Shown here: piece by piece, positions 59,218 to 64,000 of the stretch
How the letters are laid out: every line of letters begins with the position of its first letter
Numbering within the stretch: position 1 is the first letter of the stretch
Source: an uncultured Clostridia bacterium
Lineage (GTDB): Bacteria; Bacillota; Clostridia; TANB77; CAG-508
Length of the DNA: 64,000 nucleotides
Reading direction: 5' to 3'
Assembly (NCBI GenBank): GCA_934162205.1
Contig: CAKPIA010000002.1
Location: 100,494-164,493 of the forward strand
Notes under the pieces: generated by a model
What the model was told of the DNA's origin: nothing
What the model saw: only the letters and a program-made list of their open reading frames with translations
Database searches by the model: none
Program-made: the position numbers and the translations under genes

Positions 59218-59323
59218 TAATTTGAAGTTAAGGGTATGGGAATTCCCATAATAGAATTTATGCGGGAGTATAAATTCAGTGCTGGCTAGACACTACTTTT
59301 ACTCCCACATTGGAAAACATAGA

Positions 59324-59364
59324 AAAAGAGGATTAAATTATTTTGATAATTTTTTCCTCTTTTT
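59324..59364. terminator. Bidirectional terminator between the cargo operon and the minus-strand recombination genes
   Basis: aaaagaggat - 22-nt loop - tcctctttttttt. Confidence 0.55.
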
Positions 59365-59374
59365 TTGAGATTAT

Positions 59375-59731
59375 TTATACAAAAACATATTCATTTAAGA
59401 CAATTTCCTCAGCCATATTTTTGTAATTATTCATTAACTTTGTCCACTCAATTGGATTTAATTCTTTACTTTTTTCAGGCAGTCTTTCATCGCTTTTGAT
59501 ATAATCATCCATTAGTATTTTGTATAAACTTTCACAAGAATCACTGACTAAAAGAAGATGATGAGTAAGTTTATTTGTTATCAATAGTGTTTCATAAAGT
59601 GCTTGTTTGTTTTGTGCAATAAAGTGTAATCTTAGTATTCCGTATTTGCCAATTCTTCCACATTCTTCCTCTTTTTCTAAATATAAATTTGGTATTAAAT
59701 AATCTTCTTGTCTTGTATATTTTATTTCCAT
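59375..59731 (-). CDS. Small protein immediately downstream of the serine recombinase (position analogous to tnpV of Tn4451-family elements; function unknown)
   Basis: RBS AAAGGA; 118 aa. Co-directional with the recombinase, 24-bp gap. Confidence 0.4.
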   Translation of the reverse strand: MEIKYTRQEDYLIPNLYLEKEEECGRIGKYGILRLHFIAQNKQALYETLLITNKLTHHLLLVSDSCESLYKILMDDYIKSDERLPEKSKELNPIEWTKLMNNYKNMAEEIVLNEYVFV

Positions 59732-59755
59732 AGTTTTATCAATCCTTTCTTAATT

Positions 59756-61537
59756 TTAAACATTTATTAGTTCTGTTTTTGGTATAAGAATTAAAGTATC
59801 AACTATATTGTTGCCTTCAATATAAGGACAATTTATTATTCCATCTACATAGAAATGTTCTTTCATTAAATTAATATAGTTGTTTAATTCTTCTTCAGAA
59901 TATAGATTATTTTCTATTTTTTCTAATGACATAATGGTATAATCTTTTTGTAATTCTAATAATTTTTCTTTATTAATTTGTTCTTTATAAGTTATACCAA
60001 TATTATTATTAGTTAGTAGTTCATTTAAATAATCAATATAATCTTGTGTACTTTTTGAGATAAATTCTTCAGTAAATTTGATATTTTTAATCTCAATATT
60101 GTAGTTATCATCTCTAATTATTTCAATAGAAGATATTAATCTATTAATTAATTCTTTTTGTGCTTTTCTATTTAAACTATCAAATAAATAAGCAAAACTT
60201 AAATTATTTTTAAATATAAAATCTCCATTATCTTCTTCATAATCTAATTTTTTTAGAAGTTCTACTGTGTATTCTTTAAAGTCATTATCTGGATCAAGAG
60301 TAGTTTTCTTTTTAGTTAGTTTATCAATCTCTTTTTTAATAACATCATTTTTATGATTAATAGTTTCTACATCAAGAGTAGAACTTAAATATAAGTCAAC
60401 TAATCTTTTTTCTTGAACTTTTAATTTTTCAATGGCTTTGTCTATTTCCTTTACTTCTTTACTTTTGGTAGAACTACAAGTAATTATTTCGTTAGAATTA
60501 TCATACATAAATCTAGTTAATTCATTTAAAATTCTTTTTAATTTATCTTCAATTTTATCTGAATTATAATGATAACCATAACCTTTGCAATTAGAGTTTT
60601 TACATCTTAAATGATAATAAATTTTAGTTTCATTCTTATACTTTTTAAATGATTCACTAGCAGCAAGTATTTCATTACATATTGGACATTTTACTAATCC
60701 TGCAAATAAATGAATATGCTCTCCATAGTTTGGATGTTTATTTTTTTCTAAATTTGCTCTTGTCGTGTTCCAAGTAGTTATATCAATAATTGGCTCACAA
60801 TAGTCTTCAACTCTTAAAACATCCTGTGGTTTTCTTTTATACTTTCCATACTCAAATACACCAATATAAATAGAATTAGTAAGTATCTTATAAACTCTAT
60901 CTGCTTTCCATTTGCCTAGTTTTAAATAAGCGTTATTATCTTTCATAATAGTTGCAATATTTCTAGTAGAATGTCCTATTTTACATAGTTCAAATATCTC
61001 TTTAACAACTTGTGATTCAATAGGTTCTACTTCTAAATGACCAGTTTCTTTGTTTCTAATATAGCCATAAGGTGCTTTACTTGGGTGTATTTTTTCAAGT
61101 GCCATTTCTTCCATTGCTCGTTTAGTTCTTGCCCCAATTTCTTTCCTTTCACGTTGACCGAATACTAAATTCATACCAAATATCATTTCACCATTAGCAG
61201 TAGATACATCATAAGGTTCAAGTATTAATTCAATCTTAACATCGTGTTCTTCACAGTAATTAAGTAGCCAGAATCCATCATAATTATTTCTAGTTAATCT
61301 ATCTACTTTAATAGCAATCAACTTATCAATTTTCTTTGATTTGATATCTTTTAATAATCTTTGCATTTCAGGTCTCATTAAATCTTTACCAGAATGTCCT
61401 GCATCATTATAGACATCCACAATATCATAATTATTCTTTTCACAATATTCTTTTATCATTCGAAGTTGTGAATCAATAGAATAGCCATTATCTCTTTGGT
61501 CATCAGTAGATACTCTTACATAAACTCCACATCTCAT
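59756..61537 (-). CDS. Large serine recombinase (resolvase-type catalytic domain, recombinase domain, zinc ribbon)
   Basis: N-terminal VYVRVSTDDQ...GYSIDSQ carries the catalytic Ser. C-terminal Cys cluster CPICNE...CKNSNCKGYG; 593 aa. Confidence 0.9.
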   Translation of the reverse strand: MRCGVYVRVSTDDQRDNGYSIDSQLRMIKEYCEKNNYDIVDVYNDAGHSGKDLMRPEMQRLLKDIKSKKIDKLIAIKVDRLTRNNYDGFWLLNYCEEHDVKIELILEPYDVSTANGEMIFGMNLVFGQRERKEIGARTKRAMEEMALEKIHPSKAPYGYIRNKETGHLEVEPIESQVVKEIFELCKIGHSTRNIATIMKDNNAYLKLGKWKADRVYKILTNSIYIGVFEYGKYKRKPQDVLRVEDYCEPIIDITTWNTTRANLEKNKHPNYGEHIHLFAGLVKCPICNEILAASESFKKYKNETKIYYHLRCKNSNCKGYGYHYNSDKIEDKLKRILNELTRFMYDNSNEIITCSSTKSKEVKEIDKAIEKLKVQEKRLVDLYLSSTLDVETINHKNDVIKKEIDKLTKKKTTLDPDNDFKEYTVELLKKLDYEEDNGDFIFKNNLSFAYLFDSLNRKAQKELINRLISSIEIIRDDNYNIEIKNIKFTEEFISKSTQDYIDYLNELLTNNNIGITYKEQINKEKLLELQKDYTIMSLEKIENNLYSEEELNNYINLMKEHFYVDGIINCPYIEGNNIVDTLILIPKTELINV

Positions 61538-61623
61538 AATTTTCCTCCTTTCCTCAAATTTTGAGAAATATTAAATACCTCTCATATGTTTCCTCACTTA
61601 AATGCAAAAAGTGTACCCTAAAT

Positions 61624-61899
61624 TTAAAAATTTCTTAAAAAAGTTTCAATTTCTTTCAAATTATACTTTTCTTTACGCTCTTTAATGTAGAATGGTTTAT
61701 TACTAATTTCATTTACTTTATATTCAAATATAGTAATAGTAATGGGATATATAATTAGATACTCGGTTGGTTCAATAAACTGCAAATTAGTATTTAGAAG
61801 AACTTTAACTTTTCCTTTTTTAGTTTTATAAGTAAATTCTTTAATAAGTTCTAGTAGTTTAGGATTAGGTTTGAGTTCTTGGGTAATTTTAAATTCAAG
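61624..61899 (-). CDS. Hypothetical small protein upstream of the recombinase
   Basis: RBS GGAAGGAGG, then ATG at 61899 (MLEFKITQEL...). The ORF track's longer start at 61965 lacks an RBS. Confidence 0.4.
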   Translation of the reverse strand, partial: LEFKITQELKPNPKLLELIKEFTYKTKKGKVKVLLNTNLQFIEPTEYLIIYPITITIFEYKVNEISNKPFYIKERKEKYNLKEIETFLRNF

Positions 61900-61979
61900 C
61901 ATAAAAAATGTCCTCCTTCCTAGAAAGAGAACATTATCTTTATATTTGGTAGAACAAGCCTTCAAGCCTGACTACGGAC

Positions 61980-62026
61980 AAAATAAAAACTTACGAACTT
62001 TAATTAGTCCGTAAGTTGTCTTCAAA

Positions 62027-62034
<8 letters not shown>
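61980..62034. repeat. Right imperfect direct repeat (att-like) overlapping the tRNA-Gly(TCC) 3' end
   Basis: aaaataaaaacttacgaact...ccgtaagtt...tggagcgg; partner of 56282-56334. Confidence 0.65.
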
Positions 62035-62100
<66 letters not shown>

Positions 62101-62241
62101 ATCTAAAACCATTATAAAATATAAAGACATTTTTTTCAAGTATTTTTATATTTTGATTGATAATAAAAAATAGATATGTTATTATAATTTCGAAAAAAAT
62201 AGCAAATAATAAATGTAGTTATTTTAAGGAGGAAAAAACGG

Positions 62242-64000
62242 ATGAAATTTGAAGAATGGAAAGATTTTAATAAAGGTGAATGGCAAGATGAAATAAATGT
62301 AAGAGATTTTATTCAAAGAAACTATACACCATATGAAGGAGATGAAAGTTTTTTAGTTGGAACAACAGAAAAAACAAACAAATTATGGAATGAAGTTTTA
62401 GAATTATATAAAAAGGAAAAAGATTCAGAAGGTGGAGTTTTAGATATAGACACAAAAACAGTATCAACAATATCAGCACATGAAGCGGGATATATAGATG
62501 AAGAATTAGAAGACATTGTTGGACTTCAAACAGACAAGCCATTAAAAAGAGCAATAATGCCATTTGGTGGAATAAGAATAGTTGAAAAATCATGTGAAGC
62601 ATATGGTAGAAAAGTTGACCCAGAAACAGATGAAATATTTCATAAATATAGAAAAACACATAATGATGGTGTGTTTAGTGTATATACACCAGATATTAGA
62701 GCTGCAAGAAGTTCTCACTTAATTACAGGACTTCCAGATGGATATGGAAGAGGAAGAATTATAGGAGATTACAGAAGAGTTACACTTTATGGTGTTGATG
62801 TATTAATAGAAGAAAAGAAAGATGAATTAAACCAATTAGATGTAGACTGCTTTACAGAAGAAATAATAAGAGAAAGAGAAGAAATAAGTGAACAAATAAA
62901 TGCACTTAACGAATTAAAAGTTATGGCATCTAAATATGGCTTTGATATTTCTAAACCAGCTCAAAATTCAAAAGAAGCAGTTCAATGGTTGTATTTTGGA
63001 TATTTAGCAGCAATAAAAGATCAAAATGGTGCTGCAATGAGTTTAGGAAGAACCTCTACATTTTTAGATATATATTTTGAAAGAGATTTAAAAAATGGAA
63101 CAATTACAGAAGAAGAAGTTCAAGAAATAATGGACCATTTTATAATGAAATTAAGATTAGTAAGATTTTTAAGAACACCAGAATACAATGAATTATTTAG
63201 TGGAGACCCTGTATGGGTAACAGAAAGTATTGGTGGTATGGGAATTGATGGTAGAACATTAGTTACAAAAAATTCATTTAGAATTTTACACACATTAGAA
63301 AATCTTGGGCCAGCTCCAGAACCAAATTTAACAGTTCTATGGTCAACAAGATTACCAGAAGGATTTAAAAGATATACTTCTAAATTATCAATAAAAACAT
63401 CATCAATACAATATGAAAATGATGATGTTATGAGAATAACATTAGGAGATGATTATGGAATAGCATGTTGTGTATCGCCTATGAAAATAGGAAAGCAAAT
63501 GCAATTCTTTGGAGCTAGAGCTAATTTAGCTAAAACACTATTATATGCAATAAATGGTGGTAGAGATGAAAAATCTGGAAAACAAGTTACACCAAAATTT
63601 GCTCCAATAACTTCAGAATATTTAGATTATGAAGAAGTTATGGAAAAATTTGATCAAATGATGGATTATGTTGCAAAAATATATATAAAAGCATTAGACG
63701 CAATTCATTATATGCACGATAAATACTCATATGAAGCAATAGAAATGGCTTTACATGATAAAGATATATTACAAACAATGGCATGTGGAATAGCTGGACT
63801 TTCAGTAGTTGCAGACTCACTTTCAGCTATAAAATATGCAAAAGTAAAAGTTATTAGAGACGAAACAGGGCTAGCAGTTGATTATGAAGTTGATGGCGAC
63901 TTCCCTAAATTTGGAAATGATGATGACAGAGTTGACCAAATTGCAGTTGATATAGTAAGAACATTTATTAAAAAATTAAGAAAATATCCTACTTATAAAA
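62242..64000 (+). CDS. pflB: Pyruvate formate-lyase (formate C-acetyltransferase), 3' partial, continues beyond the window
   Basis: RBS AAGGAGG. N-terminal [38 protein letters not shown] is PFL-typical. The frame stays open to the window end, so the ORF is absent from the complete-ORF track. Confidence 0.9.
   Translation, partial: MKFEEWKDFNKGEWQDEINVRDFIQRNYTPYEGDESFLVGTTEKTNKLWNEVLELYKKEKDSEGGVLDIDTKTVSTISAHEAGYIDEELEDIVGLQTDKPLKRAIMPFGGIRIVEKSCEAYGRKVDPETDEIFHKYRKTHNDGVFSVYTPDIRAARSSHLITGLPDGYGRGRIIGDYRRVTLYGVDVLIEEKKDELNQLDVDCFTEEIIREREEISEQINALNELKVMASKYGFDISKPAQNSKEAVQWLYFGYLAAIKDQNGAAMSLGRTSTFLDIYFERDLKNGTITEEEVQEIMDHFIMKLRLVRFLRTPEYNELFSGDPVWVTESIGGMGIDGRTLVTKNSFRILHTLENLGPAPEPNLTVLWSTRLPEGFKRYTSKLSIKTSSIQYENDDVMRITLGDDYGIACCVSPMKIGKQMQFFGARANLAKTLLYAINGGRDEKSGKQVTPKFAPITSEYLDYEEVMEKFDQMMDYVAKIYIKALDAIHYMHDKYSYEAIEMALHDKDILQTMACGIAGLSVVADSLSAIKYAKVKVIRDETGLAVDYEVDGDFPKFGNDDDRVDQIAVDIVRTFIKKLRKYPTYK

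Noticed and set aside
59375-59731. Naming the small gene downstream of the recombinase TnpV
   Set aside because: Only the positional analogy to tnpX-tnpV is visible. I cannot verify sequence similarity from memory, so it is left as hypothetical.

Overview
The window is about 25-27% GC and looks like a chromosomal segment of a spore-forming Clostridium-type Firmicute. Three accessory regions stand out, the third being the strongest candidate for a previously undescribed system. (a) A 1331-aa surface protein with an N-terminal Cys/Gln thioester-domain signature and four DUF11-type repeats (3747-7742). (b) A di-modular NRPS (C-A-T-C-A-T-R, 2483 aa, 34857-42308) that is translationally coupled to a 7TM sensor histidine kinase and preceded divergently by a receiver/HD-GYP response regulator. 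(c) A roughly 5.7-kb integrative islet (56282-62034) bounded by imperfect ~53-bp direct repeats that end in the 3' terminus of tRNA-Gly(TCC); it carries a large serine recombinase and a tightly packed four-gene cargo operon (unknown protein, MBL-fold hydrolase, NUDIX hydrolase, AbiJ-like protein with HEPN Rx6H motif). Core content includes cell-wall enzymes (glucosaminidase fragment, DacF-like carboxypeptidase, frameshifted cwlD), the cell-division block minD-minE-rodA, dusB, an orphan mazF, aspS, corA, copZ-copA, a CapA-family protein, an ABC-F ATPase, tex, hisS, dtd, a radical-SAM gene, a nucleotidase/nucleoside-hydrolase fusion and the start of pflB. Several c-di-GMP-type signalling proteins are present. 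Three tRNAs are found (Cys-GCA, Gly-GCC, Gly-TCC), plus a pseudo-tRNA-Cys fragment. Other notable items are a 1-bp frameshift in the spore-cortex amidase gene cwlD, an A6-tract frameshift at the start of an Ig-repeat membrane protein, a type IV prepilin-like N-terminus fused to an FGE/SUMF1 domain whose 3' end is anomalously GC-rich, a 21-bp x6 tandem repeat inside a small coiled-coil gene, an unexplained GC-rich ~83-bp island, and a decayed beta-lactamase-family/GNAT pseudogene patch beside the islet. No CRISPR array, rRNA or T-box was found.
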